Below are positions 11,440 to 22,740 of a stretch of 64,000 bases of DNA, in pieces. The stretch's first letter is position 1. Every line of letters starts with the position of its first letter. The DNA comes from Oikopleura dioica (taxonomy: Eukaryota; Animalia; Chordata): assembly GCA_907165135.1 (NCBI GenBank), contig OU015570.1, forward strand, positions 558,001-622,000, given 5' to 3'. The position numbers were made by a program, and so were the translations under genes. Below the pieces are notes generated by a model. That model did not search any database. It saw nothing but the letters and a program-made list of their open reading frames with translations, and was not told the DNA's origin.

Positions 11440-12901
11440 TTGGTAGCAAAAGATATTCCGGAAGGAATTTCTGATGAGGATAATCAACAAGCTCTGAAAG
11501 ATTACGCAGAGGCGCATGTTTGGAGGCGAGATGAAGAAAGTGGTGAATTCCTCATTAACCCCCGGGGTGTGAGAAATTTTCCGGAGATAGAAAGCATCTA
11601 TGCTGAGCCTAGGAGTATAACCGAGACGCCCGTTACTAACCGAGTTTTGGAATCCGGATCTGACCGTGATAGATTCGACCAATCACATCCCAGACCAACA
11701 GTTACAGTTCCAGCGCCGCCAGCAATGAGCGCTAGAATTGGCAATCAGCAAGAAATTCCCCAATCAAATGCAAATGAATTCGCTGGTTTTGCCTCTGCGC
11801 GGCCAAATCAATCTCAGTTTTCGAGTTCTAACCAGCGAACACGTGAAGTGAATGCACAAGATCGTTTTTCTGATCGCCGATCTCCTTCTGATAATCTTCC
11901 GAGTACACCTCGTTTTCAGGCTCGGGATCAAGGATGGCACTCCGAAAATTTTTCGGAAAGAGCCGCGGTGCGGCTCGATCCAACTAGGCTCATAAAACAA
12001 GCGGCTAACATTCAGCGGCTAACCAGCCTTGAGTCTCGGCGTATTGAGCTTCTCATCTTGGACATCCAAGAGCACGCTCAGAGATTTGGGTGGTCAGATA
12101 GTTCTTGCGCGGATGTAGTTTTAACGAAGCTATCCGCGGAACTGCGCCTGGAGAAAAAACCAACGACAGTTTAAGGGAAATCTGTCGAAAACTAAGGGAC
12201 CAGTGTGAGTTGTATAACGACAGCCGGGCTGACTTCAGATCATTCCGACTCCGACCAAATGAGGACCTTGTAGTTGCATTTCGTCGGTTACTAAAGATCT
12301 TATCGGGCTTGAACTATGACGAGATTCCGGTTGAGAACAGGAGATCATTGCTCGAGGATTGCGTCTCCAAAATTCTGACCGCCAGCGCTTACGCCATGTG
12401 GGAGACACTGTGGCTATCTCGAGACAGTACTACTGATTTGAGTGCTAATCTCCAGATCATGCGCCAAGTTGCGAAATCGCGCAATCAGAACTGCAACGTT
12501 TTAGAGGCCGAGAGCCAAGAGTCTGATTTTGATTTTTGCGCTATGAATGGCAAAATAACTTGTCATTTCTGTAAGGGACCTCATTATCTGGCTTCTTGCC
12601 CCAAGTTTCAGAGCTTAGCGGGGCTCGAGGGACGAGTTTCGAAACTCGAGACAAGTGTTTCAGATATTCAGAGTGAGATGAAGAGTGGTTTTTCTCAGAT
12701 TTTAGACCAGTTGAAGATCGGACAAGCGAATATGTCTTACGGATCTCAGAATCAGGGTTCCAACAAATCCCAGGGTAGTCAGCAGGGACAAAGCGTAGTA
12801 AGAACGCGAAAGTCACTGTTCCTCACTGTACAAAGTGCCCAATCGAGTCAACTGGTGCGCCTCCGCGTCATTGGCCACAGCAATGCCCTCTCCAGCTATG
12901 A
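11440..12901 (+). pseudogene. gag with two zinc-knuckle motifs, frameshifted
   Basis: CHFCKGPHYLASC and, in another frame, CTKCPIESTGAPPRHWPQQC just before TGA 12899-12901. Confidence 0.8.
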
Positions 12902-14060
12902 CTAGGAAAGCCCCCGTCTCCAGAAATCAATCTTTTAAGCACGCCTGAACTCTTACCGCAGATCAAGTGTTCTTTAAAGAATGTGGAACTTACCGGCCTT
13001 CTTGACAGCGGGTGTAATTTGGTGATGCTATCGCGGTCTTAAGCCAACAAACTTTCTCTTTATCTTTATCCGTCCAAAGTGGCTGTTCGAGCGGCTTCGG
13101 GCGATTTTCTTAAAATTTCCGGCGAAACTACTGTATCTCTTCTGATCGGGTTTTCAGACTTGAGGTTGTAGTTGCCGATCTAAATTATGACATTGTACTC
13201 CCGGCGACTGCTTTCGGTCATTTCGAGATCGACAACGAGCGAAAGGTTGCTATTTTAGATGGTGAGGTAGTTCCGCTAGTACAGAGAGGTGGTCACGTTG
13301 AGGTCAATCTGATCGAAAGAGTGGTTCTAGCGCCTTTTGAGTCTTTGGTCGTAGCAGGAAAGTGCTCACTTGATTCTAGAGCTCAGGGAATCGTAGCAAT
13401 AGAGAGGTCTTCTAATGGGTTTTTACCAGAAAATAATATCGAACTGGTCGAGAGCGTCGTCGATGCTTCCAAAGAAGTCAACGTGATGCTCGTTATCAAT
13501 AACCCTTTCGAAGTCGAGGTTCCAGAGGCGGCAAAAATTGCTGACGGACACTGGCTCGAGCCTACTAAGAATGGATTTGAGTCAAATGAGTAAGTTGCTA
13601 TCCAAGAGCACCCAGATCTAGAGTTAGAAGCACGTGCGGCTGAAATCTATAAAGAGGTCGAGATAGGGGCGTGGCTTGAGAAAACGGAGTCTGAAGGATT
13701 TCGCGATCTTATGGGTGTCCATCGTGTTGTATTCTCCACTTCTGATGAAGAAATTGGCACTATCAATCAGTACGCTTATTCCATCCGATGGAAAGATGAG
13801 ACGAAAGTTGTGTACTCTAAGCCCATCAAACCGAAATTCGCGTTGAGGGAGGAAGGGTCTCAGATGCTTCGGAAGTGGTGTCGAATGGATGTGATACAGA
13901 AAGGCGTGTCCCCAAATAATAGTCCACTTTTCTTTATAAGAAAAAAGAATGGTCGCTGCCGCCCAATTCTGGTAGCCCGTTTGACAAATAAGGAGACGCT
14001 TACGGAACGCTGGCCATTACATTCCATGGAAACCATGCTTAACCAAACGGTGTCGCTGTT
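12902..14060 (+). pseudogene. pol remnant: protease and N-terminal RT
   Basis: LTGLLDSGCN protease motif; SPNNSPLFFIRKKNGRCRPIL ... ERWPLHSME at the start of RT; no YxDD, so truncated. Confidence 0.85.
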
Positions 14061-14507
14061 TATGCTAGTTCAACTGCCACTTTTCGAAAGAAATGTCGGT
14101 CGTACAGGCAGTCAGGGTCCTACGAAACAGTTTGAGGGGTTCAGATTCTTGAAAAGTTCAGAGACTCGGGGAGAAATTCTCTGTCCCAGAGACAAGAGCA
14201 AGGTGCAGATTATATCCGTTATCTTTAATTTTAAGGAAATTGATGAACCGCGTTTTGACTTTAATTCCACGTGGGAATAACATTCTTCAATCAAAGAAGA
14301 GATTACCGAAGTAGAGTCAGAATCTAGGCTTTTTGCGCTTATTATCGGAGTCTCTACCATTACGCTTATTTTCATCGTGATCCTTTATTCACGTCGACGA
14401 TTCGCTACTCTTTTTTCGAGAAATAAACAGATCTTTAGAGATTTAAATAACTTGAAACCTATCGTTTTTCATACAGTAGGCTCGGGCAAAAGCGCTAGCC
14501 GCATCTA
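14061..14507 (+). pseudogene. env-like C-terminus with a transmembrane helix, fused in frame to the truncated RT
   Basis: After one TAA at 14278-14280 the frame reads RLFALIIGVSTITLIFIVILYSRRR (hydrophobic helix plus basic stop-transfer residues). Confidence 0.6.
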
Positions 14508-15075
14508 AAGTTCAAATGTCACCGGGAAACTGTTTTAGGAGCAAGAACTTAATTGTTCGCTTTCTTTTTATATAAAATCGACCTTAAGTTACTGATATTT
14601 CAAGGAGCGCAATTAAGGATCTAGTACAGTAATGGTTTTTTAAGGGATCGAGTTTTCAGTAAAGTTCAATCAAGGTCGGTTTGCGGGCCCAATTAGAATA
14701 TTGGACTTCCCGTTATTAGGTTCACCCGTTTAGAGGGTTGCCCTAACTCTAGGATCTGGTAGACAGTCAGATAGGGTATTTTTTAAATTAAGCCTAGAGG
14801 GTCCCTAAGTTAGCTCTTTTTAAGTTTTAGTTTTTTTTGCGATTTTTACTCCTTGTTATTTTGAGTAATAATTTCCTCTGTTCATTATTGCTTTTCTCGC
14901 TGCAAAAACACAAAAAAAAAATAGAGGAAGAGAAGTACTCCCATAAATCCTACTGTTTGAAAATTTGAATTTCTTGTCTCGAAAACTCGCTTCGCCGTGA
15001 ATAAATCAACCCACTTCTACGCGTCTACACTTCCCATCAGGGCGCGTCATGCCTCATCAACTACGCCTCAACCCC

Positions 15076-15377
15076 GCGCGCTCATCAAGCGTTGCACTTG
15101 GTTCAAATTTTTCTCCGTCTACTCCTCAACTCGTTGTTACACGCCTCATGCGACTACATCTCCACGTTGAGCGCGCTCGTCAAGCGCTGCACCAAGACAC
15201 CGTTCTTCTACTTTTCTCCAGAATTCCTTGCTGCACACCTAAAGCATTCACGCCTTCTTCCTAGCGCGCTCATTTAAGCGCAGCTAGCAGTCGCCTTTTC
15301 CGTTAACTCGAACAATTGGCGCTTCACGAATCATTTCACACACCCCAGCTAGACGCGCGCTCACTTAAGCGCTGCGC
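15076..15377. repeat. Four hairpin motifs (GCGCGCTC-N2-3-AAGCG) at 91-95 bp spacing with divergent spacers
   Basis: Motif starts at 15076, 15171, 15264 and 15355. Confidence 0.8.
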
Positions 15378-15613
15378 TTCTCTCGATAACCGGTCAATTC
15401 GCCAAAAAGCGCGTCACGGTCGTGAACACGCTCAACTCTAACGTCTACTACTCCTGCGCATCGCTCTTGCGCCGCAATCCGCGTCTTTCAAGGTCAAAAG
15501 CTGACTACAATAGAAGAAAACATTCTACTTATTACAATTTTCATTCTTTATATTTTCATTTCTAGTCCAAATTGGTGATACTGTCGTATTTTTCTTGTTT
15601 TTTGTGTCTTTTT

Positions 15614-16037
15614 TTACTGACGCTTTCCGAATATTTCCTCTTCGATTTCGGTGATAAGTGCCCGACAATTTTCCAGAGCAGCCACTCGTTCTTGCGGACT
15701 GAAAATACGATTTTAGAATTTAAACCAAAAATGTATGAATCTAGAGAATTAGCTTTTACCTCATTGGTTTGACAACCGTAACGGTCGAGCGCGGACGCCG
15801 CTTTGCTGCTGGCTGTTCTACTGAGATTTGAACTTCACCCGATTCGGGTTGAAATTGAAAGTTCGCGAACATTTTACGCGCCGTCTGAAGATTGCGCCGT
15901 TTAGTTTTCCAAGTTCCGTTCGAATTTTGCTCATAATCGATCAGCCCTGCATTAAATTCCGCAGCCGTAAGCCACTTTTCAGGGCTTAGCCTCAGACGAA
16001 ACAAAGTTTTCTTCTGAGTTTCGGTGTAGTCAGCCAT
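15614..16037 (-). CDS. Spliced antisense accessory gene, 120 aa (exons 16037-15760 and 15698-15614)
   Basis: ATG after a pyrimidine tract and AAG. The 61-nt GT-AG intron 15759-15699 joins KPM-S-PQERVAALENCRALITEIEEEIFGKRQ* in frame. Confidence 0.65.
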
Positions 16038-16563
16038 CTTTTAAAGAAAAAAAAATGCAACTCTCTAGTCTCTTTTAAGAATATTTTTTCAAGATATATG
16101 AGATTTCGAATGATTTTCAGACCGCTAGAACATCTCAGATGTGCTCATCCGTGCATGAACCGTATTCCGTTAAGAAATTTCTGTTGTTTTTCTTTTCCAT
16201 GTTTACATCACTTTTTTTTCAATCGTTCAACCCGCCTATCACGTGCTGAAAAGCCAGGGAGGGGTATTGGGTTTTGGACTTTTGACTTATATTTTACCAA
16301 ATAAATCACTTTCAAGTCCTCAATTATCAACCAAAACCTCGCGCACATTCATGGGTGAATGCGCCCAAATGTACATATTTTACAGGAAACCATCCACCCA
16401 ACTATTTTTCACATGTACAACCGGTTCTTAATTACACTTCTCTCTGCTGCCACATTGCCCATGTCTGGGCTGTTTTCCTCAATAAACTACGCATTTGCAA
16501 GCTCTTTGTTTCCCGAAAGGTTCTTCGCGTCCAAATAAAACAGTCATAAATCCAGTCCCCAAA

Positions 16564-16739
16564 GGGTTTATCTGCTGTGTCTTCATTAGAATCTCTAAAT
16601 AAACGTGTTTCACCTCGAGTTTGAACGCTAAGCTTATGAGCAACGGTTGGTGTGGACTCAGCCGACCGTTCTCGCGCGTAGGTTTTCTTCCTCGGGGCAG
16701 GCAAGCCTGGCCAGACAACTATTCTCCCGCCTTAATCCT
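16564..16739 (-). repeat. Remainder of the shared LTR (16564-16721) and its PPT (16722-16739)
   Basis: Nearly identical to 2120-2270. Confidence 0.85.
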
Positions 16740-17410
16740 AACGAAGTCATTAGTTCTCGAGTTATCAGCGTAATCGCTTACCATTACTTTAATGTAATGA
16801 TTTAAATAGCGGACGACGCCGCTCTTCATGTCTTGGCGAGAGGAATCCTCTACAATGATGCACAACACGGGCATAATTTGTCTGACCACCGCCAGAGCTT
16901 CATCGGCAGGAGATGTTCTGCCTGCATCCGCTTCGAAATAATAATTCAGCGGTAACTCGCATCCCGGGAAAAAGTACTCCTTGAATACTCTTTCCGATTC
17001 TACGGCTGTCTGATTGTGATTATCGACAAACCCATCTCGTGCATAGTTCACCGTACAGAACTCGACTCCTGGCAAGCCTTGATATCTACCAGAAGCTCGC
17101 CATTCCTCTTACATTTCCAAGGAATCCGGGATTGATAGCCTGTGATAGCCGTGATATCTGGAGTCACTCGAAGCGAACGCTCCCACATGAGGAGCATAGC
17201 GGCAACCTGGTCCGTGAACCGGTTGTCCCCTAAATTCTTGCGCAGATCGCTCGCATGAACATTGACAGTATGCTCTTTCTTGGCCAGTATCTGTTAACCT
17301 ATAACACAGCTATCCGCTGCAGTGAAGCATAACGGAGTCAATTCTTTACCACGATGATATGTCAGCCCCGGCGGGGTGGCAAACATATCATTGTTAAACG
17401 CGTTATCCAT
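16719..17410 (-). pseudogene. gag N-terminal part of a heavily deleted upstream unit
   Basis: PPGL..GKE..PLCFTAAD and DYADNSRTND are shared with 9977-10180 and 8940-9494. Confidence 0.75.
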
Positions 17411-17515
17411 GTTAGCACTTTATCAAATTAACGACAAGGCCTCGAGGTTTGAGACGAGCATCTAGGTTCGTGCCCTTAAGCACCTGTCTCGGAATCAGAG
17501 AATTCCTTTCAGGCA

Positions 17516-17890
17516 CTTCAGTCACCACACTTAACTCTCCCTGCAACAATCTCAACACCCTCGTACAATTTACCTTTCATAGCGTGTTTTAAATGTTTAT
17601 TCTAGCACAGCGTTTTATTCAACTACAGTGAGGCTACAACAGTCAGTCCAGTTCCGAAGATAGCGACGGTTGTACGACGGATCACGTGTTGAATTGGAGG
17701 CTGCGTTTCCGTGGCGCTAGACAAACCTAAACGTACAGGTAGTCCAGCGTCTTCTGTGCTTCTTTGTTGATCTCTGAATAAACTAAAACTACCTCGAGAT
17801 GAAACACTTGCAGCGTTTTGAATACGCGAATTGAAGCTGCGCGAACTCACGTGTTACGACGTGGGTGGAGACTTCCTGGGGGCAGATGAA
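17516..17890 (-). repeat. Diverged 5' LTR with PBS TGGTGACTGAAG (17516-17527)
   Basis: Blocks such as ctcaacacc and gtttattctagcacagc align to the 1917-2251 LTR; upper boundary approximate. Confidence 0.6.
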
Positions 17891-18225
17891 ATTTGTCACT
17901 CCGCCTCAAAACCACCGTAATCTAACGCAGTATGTTAGTCATCTGTTTCCCATAATTTTTTAATTGAATTTTGTTCTCCTCAATCGAAATTATTTTAAAT
18001 CGAAAAAATTCTGGGAAGCTTTAGACTAACATGGTTTTTGAACATAAATTTCCCTATATCTCTTCAACCCTTAATTTTGTTTTTTCTCCTTAATATATTT
18101 TTTTAATCTTTATACAGATTTATTTAACCTGTAGAAATTTGAAACCAATTCGATTTGTCTATCAAAAGATATTTTTTTTTGTGCGCGAATCCTACCCATT
18201 TTTACAATTTTAGGTCGAAATCACT

Positions 18226-18474
18226 GGGAATGGTCGGACTCATTACCAAAATTTTTGGTTACCCATTACCAATTTTCGGTAGTCGATTATCAATTTATTA
18301 TATTTTTTCGCCAAGTTAATGAATAAAACACCCCACAAATTTTCTATTATACAGGCGCGGAGCGCACACTCGCTCTTCGAATGAAAAAATCGACACTTTT
18401 TTGACGAATTTGGTAATGCATTACCAAAATTGGTAATGGGTTACCACAATTGGTAATGAGTCCGACCTTTTCCC
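18226..18474. mobile_element. MITE with GGTCGGACTCATTACCAA inverted ends
   Basis: Clear inverted repeats; TSD not identified. Confidence 0.65.
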
Positions 18475-19289
18475 AATAAATCTTTTTCAATCCGAATTTT
18501 CTCTTAAAAATGAAGATCTAAGATGGATCTTTGCTCCTATGTGAGCAAATTATTTCCAACATTTCTATATTCAGAGAAATCGAGCCCTAGTTAGAGCCTC
18601 GCCGACACCCGTACCCTTAAGTCGACCGCCAAGTTAGCCAAAAACTATAATTTATGCTTCAACTTGTCTTACCGATACTTCGCCTGATAAAAAATGTCAG
18701 ATTGCCCTCATTTATAAACTGAAAAAGACATTTTCATCAACTCAATGGCTCTCATTATCAGTAATGATAGCTTTGGTCAAAACACGTCTAGGAGCGTTTG
18801 ATGCCGCTTTTAAATGGTTAAGGATCGGTTTTTCGTCGTTCATTTTCATGATCAGTTTTTATTTAGTTTATGATAAGCATAACTAGTAATCATTTGGAAG
18901 CGAGTTTTTACTTGGTTTAGTTAGGTCGGCGTCATGATTTGAGGAGCAATATTTCTGACCGCTATTTTGTGAGTGGGACACTACCCCCTCATAGGGTAGG
19001 CATATGATTCATATCATATGAATCATATGATATGAATCATTTGATATGATACTGTGTAAGAAGTTAAGATCGAGAATTGGGTCTCCAAAAAATTTTCAAT
19101 GCGAACCCCACCCGCTTTTGAAATCCTTTAGTATTAGATTTTTATTTTCTGATGGAAAGATTATTTCAATCATTACATACGAGAATATGAGTTTTGATAA
19201 CAAAACAAATTATTCCTTCATTAAAATTCTTTCTTTATTTTGCCGATTCCGACAACAGGCAATCTTGAAAGAGCATCTGAAACTTCAAT

Positions 19290-20260
19290 AAGGGGATGAT
19301 GCCCTGGTATATAATGAACTGTACAGAGGGGATATTCGAGTAATCTCGAGAAAGCCAGGCGATCTCTGCTTCCGCCGGCACCTTTTAATTCGCAACTGTG
19401 TTTTGCACTTTCAAGCGATTTATGGTCGCATAAGAGAAGAAATCGTCGATCTTTTCTTCGAATCTTTTCTTTCGAAAGTGCATAGCTCTCTTAAACGTGA
19501 TAAGCTCTCTTGAACGGCAAGAAAGTAATTTTTCTTGGCTGTCAAGTGCTTTGCTGGCGTATGGTTATGTTGGTGATAATATCACCATTTTTCTTGAGAT
19601 TACCAATGATAGAACCGGTTCGCTCTAAAGCGGTATCTGCGGCGATAAAAAGAAATTCATTTTCGTCACCCGCTGGGTAGCGAAGGTGCTCGACTGAGAC
19701 GCCTTTTTTGATTCAATTTTTGACAGCATCGATGCCTTTCATTATGATATCGTTAAGCTGAAAATTTTTCCCTTTACCGATTTCTTTAGTCAGCGGATCG
19801 AGCGATGCTGACATTTAAGAGATAAGCCTTGAGTAATAAATGAGACAACCAAAGAAGCGCTGGGCCTCTTTCTGAGTTTTCGGATAATCTAGGTCCAGAA
19901 GTGCTTTGACTTTCATGTCATCAGCCCGGATACCCGATTCATTAATAAAGAAAAATTTGGCTTCAGTTTTGAAAAACTCGCATTTTTGAAGAGCGACAAC
20001 CAAATTCTCTACTGACATTCTTGTCAAAAATTTGTCGACACATTTGTTGTGAAATCGCTCACTGCTTATAACAAAGAAATCATCAAGATAATTAACGGGG
20101 TAATAATCTTTATTCATTCCTTGAGTCCCTGTCATAACTTTATTTATGAAATACTGGAATGTCGCTGGACTGCTTAAGAGCCCATTGCCCATTCGTTGAT
20201 AGCGGAATTGTTCTCCGCAAAACAAAAAACTTGTGATATCACGAGATTTCTCTCGGATGC
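19290..20260 (-). pseudogene. Gypsy RT C-half and RNase H fragment
   Basis: RMGNGLLSSPATFQ ... NYLDD ... KCEF. Confidence 0.88.
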
Positions 20261-21329
20261 CTATTAAGTAGAACGCATTTATGACGTCAAGCGATATAAA
20301 GTAAATTTTATCCGTTGGGAATCAGCCCCATCCCTTGATTTTTAAATTTAAGGGGCTTGACAAAGGCTGGAGAATCACTGAGTTGATCATTCTCAGTTTC
20401 GTCCCCAACCCCGGCCACCTCCATCTGATGTAAAAATTTATGTTCTCCCTATTTTTAATTTTTTTACGGTTTTTACCTTATTTTTTTTTTTGCTTAGTTT
20501 ACAGTCGTCGAATTATCTCAGGGGCCTGACTTAGGCTTTTTCTATGGTCAAGACCAATTAAAATCAGGACTTTCTGTTTTTAAAATTATATTTATCACTT
20601 TAGAAAGCTTTTCAAAGAATATGAAAATTTTCGATTTTTTCAAAAAAAAATTACATAATGAATTTTTTTAATTCCCCTCCGCTCACGTTAAAAAGAAATC
20701 CAGAAATGCGAGAGTTCAGTGAGAGAATTTTCTTTTCGTAAAAGGGAATTCTTCCAGCTGGCGGGTTCCTCCGCCGCGGAGGCTCCGCGTGGTACTCCGC
20801 TTAATAAAAAAGCGAAACACGCACACTTGGTGTCGCTTATTCGGGCTCGAGTCCAGGGCAACCCCCTACTTTCATCGGTAGAGAAAAAACAAAAATATCT
20901 CATTCTAGAAAAAGGATCAAATTCCATCTTATTGTTTATTCATACTTCAAAATGGTGTAATTGTTCTTCAAAATCGGTCTTCTGACTCTATTTTGAAAAA
21001 TCTTTTATAAGGAATGGATGGTGCCCGCTTCGCGGGTTCAGTGGTAGGGAAAATTATTGATCAGGCAGGTTACACTTCTATTTTCGCGCCTACTATTGTT
21101 CTGCCCTAATTGAGCAAATTTGAGTCTCTACAATAGTCTGTTGTCAATAGATATGTTTTGAAAAATTTGTTTTTTTTTTTCATTTTTTGTGACGACATTC
21201 ACGACATTCACGACATAGTTCGGGCCTTCCTGCTTTTTTAAGCTCCGCCAATTTTTTCTCTACACTCTCCTGCAGTCTTACGTCAATTTTATAGGGGCGA
21301 GTGTACACTGGATCGGAGTAATCTTTGAG

Positions 21330-22090
21330 TCTTAATTAGGTTAGGTAATTTTCGATAGTCCTGCATCGCTTGACGTTCTTGAAAAAATAGCGTGATGTTT
21401 TTTTCAGAATCATTAAAAGCTCAGATTTGAATTTTATTGGAGCCTTCGAGCAAATATCTTCAATTTTTTTATCGAGTGGGAATTCAGCGATAAGCCTTTT
21501 TCGTCTTTCTCGACATTTATGAATTTCTTTTTTTATGAATTACCCGCTCGTAAGGTTCCAATTGGCTTTCTGTAAGGAGAAAATTGAGATCCAAGCATTG
21601 ACGCGGTTTTCTTAAAAACCCGAATCTTGCACCCTTCTCAATAATTATAACCGAATTTGTTCGATTATGAACAGTAACCAGTCTATTTTTCCAGGAATTT
21701 GGCTTCATTGTGACAAATACGTTATTTTCCAGAAATACTTCTTCGGGGGAAAGTATTTGCTGGTTATCTGTACTTGATTCTTTTTGAAGCTTGAAATAAA
21801 CAGAACGGTTACTATGTGGGGAAAGCTCCGTGTCTTTCTGATAGAGAACTTCTCCACGTACTTTCTTCTTTGATTTCTCGAATATTATAGTTCAGATGTT
21901 TCATTTCAAGAATTGCATTGAATTTCATTGGAGCTTCAATTACAAAAAGGGTTATTTTATAAATTTCAATATTCGAGTTTTTTATGAAAATATTAGCTGT
22001 GAGAGTCTCGCTCATTGTGATTACTACTTCCATAAAGGCATTAGAGATTGACTCCTGATTTTTCAATTTTTTCAAAGTCATATTGATATA
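21330..22090 (-). pseudogene. Degenerate Gypsy pol linker fragment (protease-RT region)
   Basis: VTVHNRTNSVIIIEKGARFG resembles the linker seen at about 13480-13550. Confidence 0.4.
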
Positions 22091-22497
22091 TGATTTTTCA
22101 CTTGCCCCAGTGTCGATAAGGACTTGTGGAATTTCAAAGTTTTTGACAGAACTATTAATAATAGTGTATTATTTCTCTACATAGCATGTGTACATGCTCT
22201 TTTGTCTCGTAGTCGACTCATCTTTATGAATTTTTATGATCAAAAATTACAGCCAAAAAACCTCCGTTGTAGACGAAAATTTGATCAGGTGGAAAATTTT
22301 TTTAAAAAATTGTTTTTTTGGCTCAAAAATATGTATTGACTTTCTTTTGCAACTTATGAGGGAGAAAAAAAGTATAGTAAAGAGGTCTGAAAATCCCCTC
22401 TCTGATTTCAGCGGGTACCTACATCTAAAGCGATGTCCCGTTCAATAGTTTTTTCCATTTAACCTAAAGTGACTTGTGAAGCGTTAGGATCAAAGGC

Positions 22498-22740
22498 TTA
22501 ATAGGCTTCCTCAGCTTCAGCTTCTGCAGCAGCTACCTCTTCCGCAAAATTCCTGATTTCTGTTAAATTGATATTTTCAATTACAACGTATTCAGAGTTT
22601 TCTCCAGAAAAAATACCCTTGACAGGTCGATTGACTGAGTCCCGAAGACTATCAAGTTTAATCTTGTTTTTCGCCCCTGTGTAACGCCCCTGTCGAAGAC
22701 CGTCTTTATTTGGCTCCGCTTGGCTAAGAATCATAAGCAT
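22498..22740 (-). CDS. Possible terminal exon of an unidentified gene or pseudogene
   Basis: 80-codon open frame after a gtaag...ag intron-like stretch; upstream frames are broken. Confidence 0.25.
   Translation of the reverse strand: MLMILSQAEPNKDGLRQGRYTGAKNKIKLDSLRDSVNRPVKGIFSGENSEYVVIENINLTEIRNFAEEVAAAEAEAEEAY

Larger units (their letters stand above)
10551..16563 (+). mobile_element. Tor-like Gypsy LTR retrotransposon, internally deleted, TSD GGGT
   Basis: LTRs 10551-10849 and 16265-16563 (299 bp, 2 differences seen), PBS TGGTGACTGAAG 10851-10862, PPT 16249-16264, GGGT on both flanks. Confidence 0.93.

Noticed and set aside
15076-15377. CRISPR array
   Set aside because: Eukaryotic retroelement context, no cas genes, degenerate repeats of about 20 nt and spacers of about 70 nt. 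Kept only as an unexplained hairpin array.
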